Counted from the first letter of the whole stretch, positions 35,769-50,540 are shown. The stretch is 58,193 nucleotides of DNA, filler included, from Sluysia triapertura (GCA_046118255.1; 4 parts of 4 records of this genome joined end to end with filler, not necessarily neighbours in it); one strand, 5' to 3'. Notes: generated by a model not told the origin, from the sequence alone. Numbers and translations: made by a program.

Positions 35769-38082
35769 TTAATGTTTTACAGAAAATGCTGTAATTGTAT
35801 TAAGTGGGCATCTACACCTAATAATACAGTTTTAAGTAGTTTCTGTTTGATAGAAGTTTTATTTGATAAAAAAATTATGGAGATTTTTTGAAATGTGGAA
35901 ATGTATTTGATATTTATTTAGCTAGATTTAAACTGTTACAAAACTTAATAGTTAATCGTTTACCATGTGCCACTGCAACATTTGGTTGTAATAAAAAGGA
36001 TAAACATATCTGTATGTTTAAAAATCCTCAATATCGATAGTTTGTCAGACTTAATTTATATAAATAAAAACGATACATACAATGTAATAAATCATGAAAA
36101 TGCAAAATACATTATTTCGCCGCAATCACTACGTTTAAAACGTAGTAATGTCTGAGATCATCTTAAATTTAACAAATTCGAACGACAGAAACAAAAAAAT
36201 TCAGTTAATAATACTTTAATGAGTCCCAGTAATGTAATTTTTGTGCGTTTGAATTTTGTTTGTTTAATTTAGTTATTTTATTATTTAATACAAAGTTGAT
36301 ACTTTATTTGATTATGTTGTCTGAATATAATTTAATGAAGTTTCGTAAGGCCCTTAAGACAAAAGATATTGTTAACTTTGTTAAAGTTAAAGGTTATTTA
36401 TTCTATAAGAAAAATTATAAAATCTAACAAAATCTTATGTTACGAGTAAAAATAAATATTTTAATTTGATTAAAATTAAAAAATATAGTAAGCCCCCTAC
36501 AAATAATTCCCTAAAATGTGTTATTAAATTCAACTTAAAATAATACATTTTTTGGCATTTTAAAATTCCATCAAAACTTATTTACATCTTATTGTGATTT
36601 ATTTAAAGGTATTTCCTTTAAATAATTAAAATACCTTCTATAATCTTTATTGATTATATTTATTGAGTGAACTTTACAATATAATTTTTTTTGAAAAATA
36701 TCCATTAAAATATCCATTTTAAGACGAATTTAAAATCGTATAAAGTATTATCATTTTTAGCTTGCAGGTAGTTTAAAGCTAGCTTTAAAATTATACATAA
36801 AATTTTTATATTCACATTAAGAAGAAATTCTTAATATTTAAGTTGTATAAACATTACAGTTTTATTATTGTGATATAATACATATTAGTTATGTTAGAGT
36901 TTTATAGTGACTAATTTTTCTTAAACCGTAGAGGAAAGTTTTAAGATATATTAGGAATAATTCAAAACAAAATTGCAATAAAAATATTAAAGTACTTCGG
37001 AAAATTAATTATTTGAATCATAAGACACTTTCGCAAAGGAAAAAAGAAAGTAGGAAGTAAATCTTAGTATAATGATTAATTAAATCCAACAAATTCCTCA
37101 ATATTTATGTGCTTTTGATATAGTATAACATCTATTATATAAGAAACACTTGCAGATTCATTCGATCCTGTCATTAGGTCATGGAAAGTTATGAAGCTTC
37201 TTGTTTACAACATGTTGACGATCTTATTGCTGTATTTGATTTAATCAATATTAGGGATCCTTCATTAGTACATGAAGTTATAGAGTGTCGATCTATTCAA
37301 GACAATCCCCTGGTTACTGCCAAACAATACATGCACTAAATTTAATTTTAGTACATCCATATCTTTCGAACATCAACCTTCTTTATCACATACACACTTC
37401 ATCTAAAAACATAATAAATGATTATTAAAACAAAATAATATGTACACAAAACATAATCAGTCAAATGAACATCAATCTTCACTTGCGCCTGCCAATGACC
37501 AGTCATCAAATTTTCCACCAACAAATGTAAACCTGAATGATAAATCTGAATGCGAAAATACAAACGACCTCGAAGAAGAAATATATGGACTAATCGAACA
37601 ATATATATGAATGAAGAATATTTTGTTTTTAGTGACTATACAATAATCTTAGATTCAGACATTGACATTATGTAATCTCATTATCTTTTAAATTTTTAAT
37701 ACTTACAACATTGTATTGCTTTGCATCTTTATTATTATCATTTTAGTACTTTTAATATTTGTTGCAAATTATTTGGAAATTAAGGACTAATTTAATTAAG
37801 AACTGGATGGAAAAGTTATGTAGTGGCATAAAAAAATATAACGTGGATTTTAATAATAATAAAAATAATATAAATGGTAATAACAGGATAATAATACAAT
37901 GTATAATAACTGCAAAATAATAGTAATTGATATAATAATAAATATGATAACAGCTCATATAAAAATTTGCCAAAAAGTATAATAACTATAATAATTAATT
38001 AAATAATGTAATAGTGGTAGTAATATAAATAATTACAAAAGTACTTACCGCGCGTTTAAAAGACCTTTAATGTAAATTTTTA

Positions 38083-38182
38083 NNNNNNNNNNNNNNNNNN
38101 NNNNNNNNNNNNNNNNNNNNNNNNNNTTAATTAATTAANNNNNNNNNNNNNNNNNNNNNNNNNNNNNNNNNNNNNNNNNNNN
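38083..38182. other. Artificial contig linker
   Basis: 44 N + TTAATTAATTAA + 44 N. Confidence 0.95.
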
Positions 38183-38204
38183 GTACCTATCCTGGTATTG
38201 TTTG

Positions 38205-38258
38205 TAAATACACGGGCCGCATGATTTGCCTCCGCGGGCCGCCACTTTGACACCACTG
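38205..38258 (-). mobile_element. hAT (Charlie/Buster-like) transposon end
   Basis: Reverse complement CAGTGGTGTCAAAGTGGCGGCCCGCGG; the flanking 8-mer tcttaaac has the central TA typical of Buster-group target sites. Confidence 0.7.
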
Positions 38259-39849
38259 TCTTAAACGGATAAATCTCTTTTAAACGCAAAATGTATAGAG
38301 TTAAATTTGGTAAGCCACTAAAATTCAAACACTATCATCAAATTCTGAAACAAACTCAACACTCATCTTATTACCATCCTTGATCATGTATAAATTGTTT
38401 CATCTTAAAGGCTTTCTGAATTTCTTATAAAATAATCAAAATAATTCGTAATTCTATTTTTCTTTTATTGATAAATTTAAATTGAAAAATTATTATTCTA
38501 TAAATTATTCTTTTATAGAACATAATATTAAAAAATTTATTATCATAATTTATACTAATAATATAAATATAATTAATATAATAACGAATCTGATTAATCG
38601 GAAATTAGACTGCAATTTAAAGGAAGACTTCAAGTAAACGAAACGTATTAATTTTTACATGGAATAACTATAAAATTAAATTAACAAATGTCAATAATTA
38701 ATATTTTATTTTATTTTAATTCTTTTATTTTATTGGATGATAATTTTAGAAATTTATAAAAGAATAAATCGTTACCAAATGTTTATTTTTATTCAAAGAA
38801 AGTTTTTTTCATTACAAAGACCATTACTTTCATCTTGATGTACTGATACCTTTAATAGAGAGTATTATGTTTGGGTATTATAATTATAATTATAATTATT
38901 TTTCAAAATTATAATGTTTAAATAGAATTTTATTTCTAAAATAAAATTTAAATTATTTATTTTAATTTAATTATTTGTTTAATTTGTTCTTTACATGTTT
39001 CCTATAAAAACTTAGAAAGGGTTTTTTCAAACTTACAAAAATGCAAGCAAACTTAGTAATGATTAATAAATTTCTTTATTTCATTTCTTACTGACGTTTT
39101 AGACGAAGTTCATTTTTATTTTAAATAAAGAACAACGAAAAGAATTAAATTGTAAACTTCTCAGAAGATAATAGAAATTTTCAACAAAGAAATGCTGAAA
39201 GGTTTGAATTAAATGTTTAATATGAAAATTTTTAAACTAAAAATACATTTACAAATATCAGTGGGTTTCTTCTTAAATTTCTTATCTTCAAAATAAAATC
39301 TGAAAAGGGTAATTGGAAAATTTTCTGGCAAAATATTTTATGAATGTGACAAAACTTACAAAATTAGAAAATGTTAAAGTATACGGTGATAACACAGCTA
39401 GAAAAATTAATTTTTAGATGTTCTATTACGAAAAAAGAAAATTGCCCATTATCTCACTCTATAAATAACTTTATCTTTTTTAAATACTTCATAATTTTCC
39501 ATGATTGATTGTAGATATTTGAAATATTAATTATTATTATTTATAAAAACCTAATTTTTGTTTCTCATCTCTAAAATTTTCTAGTATTAATAATATACAA
39601 ATATAAATAATCATAATAAATTTATATTATGTCCTTGTTTCTTTTGTTAATAAAAATGTCAAAGTAATTTAATACATTGATAATTATTGCCGAATACTAC
39701 AAAATAATAATAATAATTATTATTATTATTAATAGTTAATTATTATTATTTAGCACTACTATATTCTATGAAATAATTTCTCAAAAGTATTTCTGAAATT
39801 TAAAGAACATTGACTTTAAATCCGTTATAATATTCCAGTGATTTGACAT

Positions 39850-40250
39850 TCTGTGATAGCTGATTTTCGATTTTTGAAAAATAAACGGTGCTTGGTTATA
39901 TCTTAAAAACATTCATTTTAGTTTCCATATTTTTATCACTTCCAAAAGATATTCATGTGTAATTTACCATCAAGATGTTATTTAAGATCTCCTTTTTAAT
40001 TATTCCTTCCGATTGATGTAATACTAATTGCATTCTTCGTATGTTTGCAGTTAAACTATTATTATAATTATTAGGTAATAATGCTTGCAAAAGTAATTTT
40101 GTTGAATCTTTATTAATAAATTTTCTAATATTTGATAATCTCTTCAAGAGGTACTAAAACTTTTTGACAATGTAATTAATATTTTCTTACACATTCATTT
40201 TTGAATCCATATATCACATCTGATATTCTGTACTTTTATTTGATTTATTT
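39850..40250 (-). mobile_element. CR1/L2-type LINE reverse-transcriptase C-terminal remnant
   Basis: ..INYIVKK..LKRLSNIRKFINKDSTKLLLQAL..YNNSL..IRRMQ matches the L2/CR1 post-RT pattern (I..IR..L.....KLL..AL....Y.NSL). Confidence 0.6.
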
Positions 40251-40536
40251 ATTATTTAGAAATATGAATTATGACTTTTCTTCAACTTTCAAAATAACAT
40301 ATGTATAACAATAAATTTATCTGCTAATAATACATTATATATTCTGACTGTTAACGATTTATTATTTTAATATAAAACCAACAAAGATAATTATTGAATA
40401 TAATAATGAAATAAGTTTTTATTTTTACATATTGTTTTAAAAATGTTAAGAACTATATAGTTTTATTTTTAATTTTTTTTGATTGTGTTACAATTAATTT
40501 GAAACTCTTTGTTTGTTTAAAATATTTGTATTTTAG

Positions 40537-43500
40537 GTGGATCGAAATGGCTTCGTGCCACCAAAATTGTTTCAGGTTATTTTAATATTTCAAAAAATTA
40601 ATTTTACACATTAAAATCGTAAAAAATTAAAGATTATTAAAAATATATTGTCACTTTCAAATCAAACCGAATCATTTATTCATTGGCCACTTTCTAATTT
40701 CTAAATTTAGCAGAAATTTGCTGACAAATATTAAAGTAAAATGCAAAATTGAAAAATCGTGTGAATAATAGAAGTATTTGATCTTATTGTTAACATTCCG
40801 GTCCAATGTTACATGAAAATTGTACAATGATGTATTAAATAAATATATTTAATGAAAAAATTTACTTTGTTATTTTATGTGTTCAATTGACCTGTATGGT
40901 ATGCATTGAAGGTTAATATTTGTTAGATTTTATTATTAATTATAGTTTTGTAACACTTTTATAAAATAATATATCTTTGGTGTTCATTTTTAAAAGAGAT
41001 TAAGGAATCTTTATTAATATTGTTATTGTTCTTAATTTTTATATTAAACTTTATACTTTACTATAATATTTAACCATTTTAACCATACGCAATACAATAA
41101 AAGCCACAAAAATTATAAATTAAAATAATCAAACTTAGACAAGTTCTATTTAACATTTATGAACCATTATTTTGAACAAAAGGAATTTAAGAAGAACCTT
41201 TTGAGGAAATTTTCACTTGCTGTGGTTTTCTTAAACAGGGTCCGGTTACAGTAAACGTCTTATAGCGCTTCTGTAACTAATAGGTTAAGAATTTTACCAT
41301 ATTTACTTATAAAATCCGTTTAACACGTTCTTAACAAATTTGTTACGAGGGTCTTAATTTTAAATAGCACAATGAATGAAAAACTCAATTAACTTTTGAA
41401 TTAACTAAATGTATGTGTATAAGAGATTATGGTACAAAATAGAAAACAACCAAATAAAACGTATATATTATTTTATGATCTAAATCCTCTTGGGATATTC
41501 GATCTAATTGCTTTCAAAATTTAGTTAGAAAATTTCCTCTCAATATATCGAGGTCCTTACAATATTAGAACTAAAAATTGATTTTTCCTGTATTTTAGGT
41601 TCTTGACTTATAAAAATCAAAATCACCTTAACAATAAAATAAGTTATCCTTTCATGGAACATAAAAATCCTCGTATAATAAATTTGTTCGAAGTCCAATC
41701 CGATCTGTTTAAGAATACAATATATTGTTTCACAATGACGTCGGTTATAAAAAAAACATTTCTATACAAATTGGTTAAAATTACAAATGGCGCTGAATAA
41801 TATAAAATGGCGATTTTCATTAAACTCATGAAATCGATGGAATGTTCTAGATCATTCTATTTAGAGAAGCGAATTTTCTTTTTTGAAAATAAATTTTTTG
41901 GGAAATAAACATTTTTAAGTGTTTTTAGACATTTATAAATAATCTAGAAACATTTTAAAGACTTAAACTAATTCTTATCTATATGACGGGTAAGAAATTT
42001 CTTATTTTAATTTTAGTATTACATAATTTACTGTTATGTTTGACATCATTATCAATAAAATCTTTATAAATAATTTACATGCAATCAGAACTTTTCTGTG
42101 CGATGTTCCATTTTTAATTTCACGAATCCAATGTTATATTATTCATTGAATTTGAATTTGAAACTTTTATTATTATTATATATATATAAATGTAGCATTG
42201 GAATAAAATTTATAGTTAAGCAAATATTAAATTTTAGTAATTGAAACCATTCTGCTGCTGCTACAGCTGTTCAGTGATAATGAATGAATGAGCAAGAAGA
42301 ATATGTAAAATTAATTGGGTAAGGAGGAAGATAAACATAGGTACATGTATTCATACAAAATCGAAATAAAATTGTTATGACATTTTAAAATTGAATGGTG
42401 TAAATACTGAATGAGGATTCATGTGATTAATATGATGTCGTGTGTATAACTTAACAGTTCTAATTATTCTGAATATTTTCACAATATTCCAATAATAAAA
42501 TTATTTTAATGTTTATAAATAATATCAAAAGATAAAATTATTATGTATCAAATGTGTATTAATATTTTTAATACAGGATGGTGAATACGAAGTTGCTAAA
42601 TTGTTAATAACCGATAAAGATGGTCCTGAAAATCGTGATCCGTTTTTATGTCAATTAAAAATATCACACGTGAATCGTGATTTATTCACAAACAATCAAT
42701 TTGATTCTTCAATTGTAACAAAATTAAAAATAAAATTTGAAAAATCTACTCAATCATGTCGAATATTTATTCTAGACAAAGTACCTTTTAAATTAGGTAC
42801 TTATGAATTCAATTTAAGTGTCAATGATCGTTCAAGTAAGCATTTGTTAAATATTATAACTTAATATTAAAAATATTGTACTTGTAACATTAAAATTTAT
42901 ATTTATTCTTTGGTGAAAAAAATCAATTTTTTTATAATTATCTGAAGCTATTTTTGCTTTAATTTCATTATTAAAATTATTAAGTTAAAATAAACTCTGT
43001 TTTATTTTAGAAACTTTTTGAAAACTTAACTTTCAACTATAAAAGACAATTTACCGAAGTATACTGATTAAATTTAAATAGTTGTGAAAGTATTGATTTA
43101 TATTTAGTTGAAAATGACATGCCACAAAATATTTAAAAATTACTGCTCAAAAATTCAAAATTGATACACAAAATTTAAAAGAATTATTAAAAATAATAGT
43201 TAAAAAAGTGTTGCTGTACCTCGAGAAAGAAAACTGAATCTAGGAAGTACATTTTTTCTAATGAAATTATCTTTGTCTGGTTACACGATTTATCTAAAAT
43301 ATACATTTGACTTTTGAAGTTCCTGTCTTAGGAATTTTTTCCATTTTCGTATGCTATAATAATAGCAACAAATAAAAATTGTTTTTTTGAAGAACTCAGA
43401 AATAAAACATTAAAGCATCTTCAAAATTACACTAAAATATTTATTACCCACTACTGTAGCAAAAGTTTGCTTATCAGTTTTTACTTGTAACGAAGAAAGC

Positions 43501-44559
43501 TTTGATAACTATTCTTATAGAAATAATTTCTGGAAGTAGTTATATTAAGCCAAAAGTATTCAATTTTACAAAGTTTAATTTAAAAGAATAAAATCATCAA
43601 ATTTGAAATGCAAGTGTGCTTTATCATCTTCTTGAGTTAGTTTATAACTTAATCAAAAAGCTTATTAAAAGGTATATGAAAAGCCGAAAATGAATTAAAC
43701 AAATATTATACAACATATAAAGATGCAAAATGAAACAAAAACAATTACTAATTCCGAAAAATATTAAAACACGTCATTGTAATTAAGCAAAATTATATAT
43801 TTTATCATTTTTATATATTTTAACAACTGATAATTTCTAGCTTTCCCTTTTAAATTACTTTTTTGATAATTCAAATGCGAATTTAAATTATAATAATTAC
43901 ATTTATCGATTATTTATCGATTATTATTGATTTTATAATATGCAATATTATACTGATAATTTGACTTTATTTACATTTTGATTTTTATTGTTTGTAGATG
44001 CAAATCCACGTTCTCTTTCGACTACAATTCCAATAATCATACACGTTATTCGTCTTGGTAATATCCCCCCTGAGATAGAACCATTACAAATAACTCATGC
44101 ATATTATCATGCTGCTTCCGTTATAACATCAACTGATAAACAGGAGTTAAAATATGTAGACAATAATTGGGCAGCAAACAGTGCTGCTGCTATTATTACT
44201 ATGGTTCCTGTCAGAGATAGGTCGCCACTTTACGATAGATTGCGTTTCGAGATAGTTATAAATACAACTGCACGTCCAAATGATGTATATATTCCTCAGT
44301 TATTCAGTATTGACCCTGTTACTGGTATGATAAAAGCTAAACAGCAATTGGATTCTGGAGAATATTCTCTGGAAGTCAAAGTTACTAATGGAACATTATC
44401 TAATCAACGAGTTATTAGCATAAATGTAAGTTTAAATAAAAATAATTTGATATTTTACAAATATTTGCTGTTTAATTGTGTACAATATGTAAAATGGATT
44501 GTTTGTTTTGTAAAAATATTTAAAATCACTTTTACTTTAAAATACCTTTAAATTTTAAC

Positions 44560-44616
<57 letters not shown>

Positions 44617-47304
44617 TATAGTATAAATTTAAATTAATATTTTTAAAAATATTCCTTTTTGCAGTGAAAATTCTTTTTAAAAAAGTTATCATTTCATTAA
44701 GGTAATTGCTATAACTGAAGACATGGCAGAATCAGCAATAATTATTCGATTATATTCAGTAAATCCTAGAAGATTTCTAAGTGATAAAATCGACAAAAAA
44801 ATGGGAGATTTCTTGAAGAAAACTTTTGACACTAAATTAATATATTTGTTGTCTTTACGTGAATATGACAAATTCAATGATTTTGATGATATGATTGATA
44901 AAGTAAAATCATCACGCCAAAAACGTCAATTAAACAATCTTGATGAATCAATAGAAGTTTTGGTGACAGTTTATGATCAAGAAAATAATCGATTTTTAGA
45001 TAAAACAAATGTTGTCGCGTCATTATGGAAAGTAAGCTCTGAAATGGCTCGAGAGCTCGGAGTCTCGAAAGTAGTTGCTTATGGAGATGTATGTCGAAAT
45101 AATTTGGCAAATAGAAAACAACAATTGGTTTGTGTCAGTGGTGAATGTGTTGCAAAAATCAAAGTAGATGCTAAGAATTATTATAGTACTGTTCAAGTAA
45201 AATTATTTAATTAAATTATTAAAACAAAATTAATTTTTTAATTGTATACAACAACAATAAATGACATTTATCTATTTGTTAAATTTGTGAAAATACAAAG
45301 TTCTAAGACATTTAGTATTATTAATTAACATTTGTAATATTATTTTAACGACCTAAGTAAGTTTTGTTATTATATTAGAAATTCAATATTAGTATTAGTC
45401 TGAAACTTGATAAGTCTGGAAAATTTAATAAAAATCAAAAATTGTATTGTCAAAAAATGGATCCATAAATATCATACTTTTGTTTTATAGCATAATAATT
45501 TGTAGAAATTGAAAAAACTACGAAAGGTACAACTAATATTCATAAATGGCAGTAAATATTCATCAGCTCTTTCTCATCAACTTTCTTGTCGCACGCGATG
45601 TGACCGTTAATCATCTTTAATCATTATTATTTCCATAATTATTAATATTATTAGTAATTGCATTATTAAGAATTACAAATGCTATTAATTTATAATAATT
45701 TTTAATTTTCAATTATTAATTCTATTAATAATTTTTATTATTAATTTAATTTTTGATCTAGATCTGACAGATGATTTCATCTGCAAATCCTTTGGATTCA
45801 ACAACATAACTCGAAAAGATTTTAACAAATATTTTTATCAGAAATATTTGTAGAAAAAAGGCAAAGCTGATTGATAACTAATTGATTTATTCTTCAAAGT
45901 ATACACCCATGTTGGCCATACATTTAGGCGGCAAGTTGTCAGGCCGGTGATATAAAATCCTGACGAACGACAGTCATTGAATTCTTAGAAGACCAGTTTT
46001 AAATGTCAAAATTAAATTGTTTTCCTTTTAAAAATTTATCTAAATTTCGGAAGAAGTGGTAATTTGTAAGTATTGAGAGTGATAAAGAAGTTCTATAGTG
46101 GTTTGTGTAGTATGTGTTCTAGCCGTTGATCAATCTAGGCTGTTTTTCTTTACGTTTTGCATCATTTCGTCCATTTGATTACACTTTATTTCAGCTGTGA
46201 TCGATGAGCCAAGTTTCATGAAATCACAATGGATCGCACCTGCGCTAGACCACCAAACACTCATCAGCTTCTTTAGATGATTATTGTGCTTTGGAATGTG
46301 TGAACGTTTATGATTGTCAGATTGGATCCATTTCTCATCTGAAGTGACAATTCAATCAAAAATTGGACAGATTTGTGTCGAGAAAGCAACATCAAGTAGC
46401 TCCTAATTCTTTTGTTTCTGTTTTTCATTCAGTTCATGTCGAACCTGCTTATCCATTTTGAGATAAATTAGTTAATATTATTTTTTTGCTTTCACACAAC
46501 TCTGAGATTGGTCAGACTCAACGATGAACATAAGTTTGTCAGTATAAACCTTTGATTTTGATTTTAAAGTTTTTAAAGCTTACGATGATGTTTTAAGGAC
46601 AAAAAGAAAAGAGTAAAATATTAAGCTGTTAAAATTGACTATTATTAACTACAAATTTCATCATTGCCAACCTAATATATAACCTTACTCTTAAGAACCA
46701 TAACAAGATGATCATCCATATAAAAATTTTAACAAACCGTTCACTAATAATCAAAACAATCTTTTCCCTTTTTAATAATTCATAATCCATGTTTTCCTAA
46801 GTGTAGTAGAAAATTAAAATCAAAATATCGTGCAAAACTTATAATTAAATAAAAGTAAGCAATATAAAAATGGTATAATCGATAAACTTATTTCTTACAT
46901 TGGACATTAATGATATAATAAAAGTATATACCTTATTAATATTTAGTAAATTTGATTAATTATCCTTATGGTGTTTCTATTGTTTGAAGATTATTATTTA
47001 TTGAATTTATTGAACTTTTATTACATTTTAAAGGGTGGATTTCAAAAAATGTCTGGACCGCGATTTAAATACGAATCTCAATGTAAATGCCATGAACATT
47101 TTGGTGGATCAAATTGTCAACTTCCTTTAAATAAGTGTGCTCATAAACCATGCACCAAGCCTAGAATATGTCGACCAACACCTTCAAATACTCCACGTTA
47201 TCAATGTGAATGTCCACCGTTTAAAACCGGAAGATTTTGTGAGCAAGTTATAAGTAATGTAAAAAATGGCGATTGTCTAGATCATGATTGTGTTAAAGCA
47301 AGAG
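40537..47304 (+). CDS. Fat-type (Fat1-3/kugelei-like) cadherin, internal exons: last cadherin repeats, membrane-proximal domain and EGF repeats
   Basis: Phase-compatible exons 40537-40575 (tentative), 42577-42835, 43998-44425, 44702-45196 and 47034-47304: ITDKDGPENRDPF; FSIDPVTGMIKAKQQLDSGEYSLEVKVTNG; ITEDMAESAIIIRLYSVNPRRFL; RQKR; CVSGECV; CKCHEHFGGSNC..CAHKPC..YQCECPPFKTGRFCE. Confidence 0.85.
44559..44615. repeat. (AAT)n microsatellite in a cadherin intron
   Basis: About 18 perfect AAT units. Confidence 0.95.
45890..46675 (-). mobile_element. mariner transposon remnant in a cadherin intron
   Basis: TIR TA-TTAGGTTGGCAATG at 46675; decayed transposase with QVRHEL (WVPHEL), IVTSDEKW, MSVWWS, ITAE, STARTH (DNARPH) and YHFFRNL motifs. 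Confidence 0.9.
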
Positions 47305-49157
47305 GTATTTTGTTTAATTTCAAAGTATCTAAAAAGTTTAAATTATTTGTTTAAATGCTCATTCATTGACATTTTTAATTAATATACAGTTTTAATTTTT
47401 TAGTCAGCATAAGATAAAAATTGTTTCATTTTGCTAATTTTATTTTACCAAAAATTATAAATAATTATAAATAATTATAAATAATTATATTTGAAAAATG
47501 GAAAGTAAATGATAAAATATTTTCATGTAATAAATAGAAGGTTAAATACCCTTATTTCAAATAGCAAAACAACTTTTAATTTCGTAATTTATCAATGTTT
47601 TAAAAAAATTAATAAAATTCATTTATTCGTAATACTTAGTTTGATTATTTTCGATGATAGAATAAATTTCAAAGTATCGAAAATCAATTTTTTCTCTGTG
47701 TTTAAAAGTTTAAAAAATATTGCCATTTCTGGGAAATTTAATATCAAGAATCTTGTGATTACAGCGAGATTTCTGAATGAAAATAATTACAAGACAGTGG
47801 AAAATATTTAAACAATTTATCATTGCTTCGAAACAATCTTTTTTGTAAGTCATCGATCGTTACAAATGCAATATTCCATTTCTAAAAATTCATTTTTTAT
47901 AATTTGATTAAACATTTTAATTTACAAAACCAGAATTTCAATTTTTACTTCAAGATTAACTGATTATGTATAATACCATTTTCACAGAGATGTTATAATG
48001 TATGGAAATATTTCTCTTTTTCATAGGTATCATAAAGATAAAGATATAATGGAATTTCATATTTATTTGGTATCTGAAAGTCTTAACGTATTTAGATCAG
48101 CTTTACATGCGATAGAAAAGTAACACATTCTTCGTTGTAGTCTTTTAAGTTTTCTATTGCTACTTAAATTTTAATGTGTTTTCCACAAATTTAAATGCTT
48201 AATTTTTAAAATAACTTATAATCAGTAATAAAAAATAATTAAATAAATATTACTGTTGTATTATAATTTAATTAAAATTAATTAAAATATAATTTAGTTG
48301 TAAGAATTTCACATTTCTTATCAAATGTTAATTTACTTTTTTTGATCATCCATTTTTATTGATATTTCTTATATTATAAACTAATTATATTTAACTAATT
48401 AAATAACATTGAATGTAAATTTATATTTCTTCAGAAAACTATGTATTTTCTTTTTAATTATTGTAATTAATTATTTTAATTACGCTATTAAAACTCAATG
48501 TGAAAATCTTTCAATTTTAATCTCTTTTTGGAATTTAAATATAAAGTTTTAGATTTTGTCTCGTTCATGAAATTTTAATTAATAAATTGAAAAATATTAA
48601 GTTGAGAAATAAATAAAAGTAATATGAAAAACAATTTAGTTAGTTATGATATTATTTTTAGATATTTTAAATTGAAAAGCTTTTGTAAATTTTAAGGTCT
48701 TCATATGGTGGTGGTGTTAGATTTTAAAATTTTCATTATAAGTTCATTTAAATTTACTAAGAGTATTACTTCGATCAGGTTAAGAAAATTTCTTATTATC
48801 AGATATTGTTTACAAATTGTTGATTCATTGTTGTAAGATTTATGCTTAAGGCACTTTAAATTCTTTATATTAAACTGTTGAGGGCGATACAAATAATAAA
48901 AAGTTGCAGTAATTTTATTAAAATAAAATCTGAATACATCTACAAACGTTTTCATCATATAAAATAATGTTTCGTTCAAAGTAAGAACCTTACAATGATA
49001 GGATCTTCTCGCGTACCAATTGATTCCACGAAAATCTCTTCCGCACCAGTAGACTTCGTAACACTGTTTTTCATACGTACCACAACAAGCCGGCGTGATG
49101 CCACATGATAGACCACTATTGCTACATCCTTTCCAACATTACATAAACCTTTACCGT

Positions 49158-49492
49158 CATATCTTTCAAAATTACTCAGTCTATCTAGTAAAAAGTGAAG
49201 CAAACAATGATGAAATTCTTCACTATCATATCTTTTAAAATTATTCAGTTTATCTAATAATAAAAAGTGAAGTAAACAATGATGAAATTCTTTGCTATGA
49301 TATCTTTTAAAATTATTCTCTTTATCTAATGATAAAAGGTGAAACAAACAATGATCAAATCCTTTACTGTTATATCTTTTAAAATTATTCTGTTTAACTA
49401 ACAATGAAAAATGAAGCAAACAATGATCACATCCTTTACTATAATGTCTTTTTAAATTATTCAGTTTAACAAAAAGTGAAGCAAACAATAAT
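49158..49492. repeat. 72-bp minisatellite, ~4.7 units, open on the minus strand as a 24-aa repeat
   Basis: (c/t)aaacaat recurs at 49201, 49273, 49345, 49417 and 49482; ORF 48976-49488(-) repeats LNNFKRY.S..FHHCLLHF. Confidence 0.9.
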
Positions 49493-50005
49493 CATGATTC
49501 ACATTGATTAAAACTTAATAACCTTAAATGTTCAACAGTCGATAGTCAGATTTTATTTCGTCATAGCCAATATAATATACTTTTGAATCTTATTCCATAT
49601 ATTTTTATCTTTATATTGCTCATTTTTACTATATTAATTACATTCTATAATATAGATCTAACTATATTTTCATCTGCTTTATCTATTTGTTATTTCCTAT
49701 ATTTATATAAACTGTAGTAAATATTATTATAGATACATCCACCTTAATTAATGTTTTTTCACTTTTTTGGTGTCTTTACTTATCTTGTAAAATTTATTTA
49801 TCGGCTAATTAATTATTATAAACTCTGCTCTTCCTTTTCTTTTATTATATTTTGAGTATAATTATAGATTGTTTTCTTTTTGATTTTCGAAATTTAAATT
49901 ATTGAGAAAGAATTTATTTTATTATTTAGAATTTTTTTAATGTTAGAGTTTAACGTTATTTCTTTACTTTTATTGCATAATTATTTTATATTATAAATTA
50001 TTTAG

Positions 50006-50540
50006 GCAATGCTCAAATTGTACTCCTTCATCAGATGAAGATAAACCGATTGATAAAAATGAAATAGACGTAAATAAACCTCGTCAATTACGAAAATTAA
50101 TTGATAACACACAGATGAGATTTAAACGTAAATTTTCCCTAACTTCGCCAAATTCTAAATCCGTAAATACACGACAAAATACTAGTCAGAATGTTGCCAA
50201 GCGACGAAAAACTGTTTTAAATATTAATAATAAAGTTGATTTGAAATTATCTTCTCACATAATCAGTCGAAATTTAGTAAAAGATGCAAAAAAACGAAAG
50301 ATTCGAAAATCAGAAGCATCTAAAGAAATTTCACAAGATTCTTTAGAAGTTTCAGAGGTTAAAAAGTGTGATCCTTGCGACGATAATTTCGTTGAAAAGG
50401 ACGAAAAATCTAGTTCCTCAAATCCTATTTTGATTAAAATGGAAAATAAGTATTTGAAATTCATGAGCAGCCCTATGAAACAAATGAAACCAACAGTTAA
50501 ACTAGTCAAGTTGGAGAAGTCTATGTTGTTAGACAGTTAG
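50006..50540 (+). CDS. Probable terminal exon of an unidentified nuclear protein (K/R-rich; begins like the end of a PHD finger)
   Basis: AG at 50004-50005; open frame (W)QCSNCTPSSDEDK..KRKFS..KRRK..KKRKIRK..MLLDS* (178 codons). Confidence 0.5.

Noticed and set aside
37100-37320. CAFDIV and QHVDDLIAVF as Penelope-like RT motifs
   Set aside because: Different frames, spacing far too short, no other RT motifs; insufficient support.
49158-49492. 72-bp array as a CRISPR array or as evidence of TAA-to-Gln recoding
   Set aside because: Units are contiguous with no unique spacers, the context is eukaryotic with no cas genes, and host genes here translate cleanly in the standard code.
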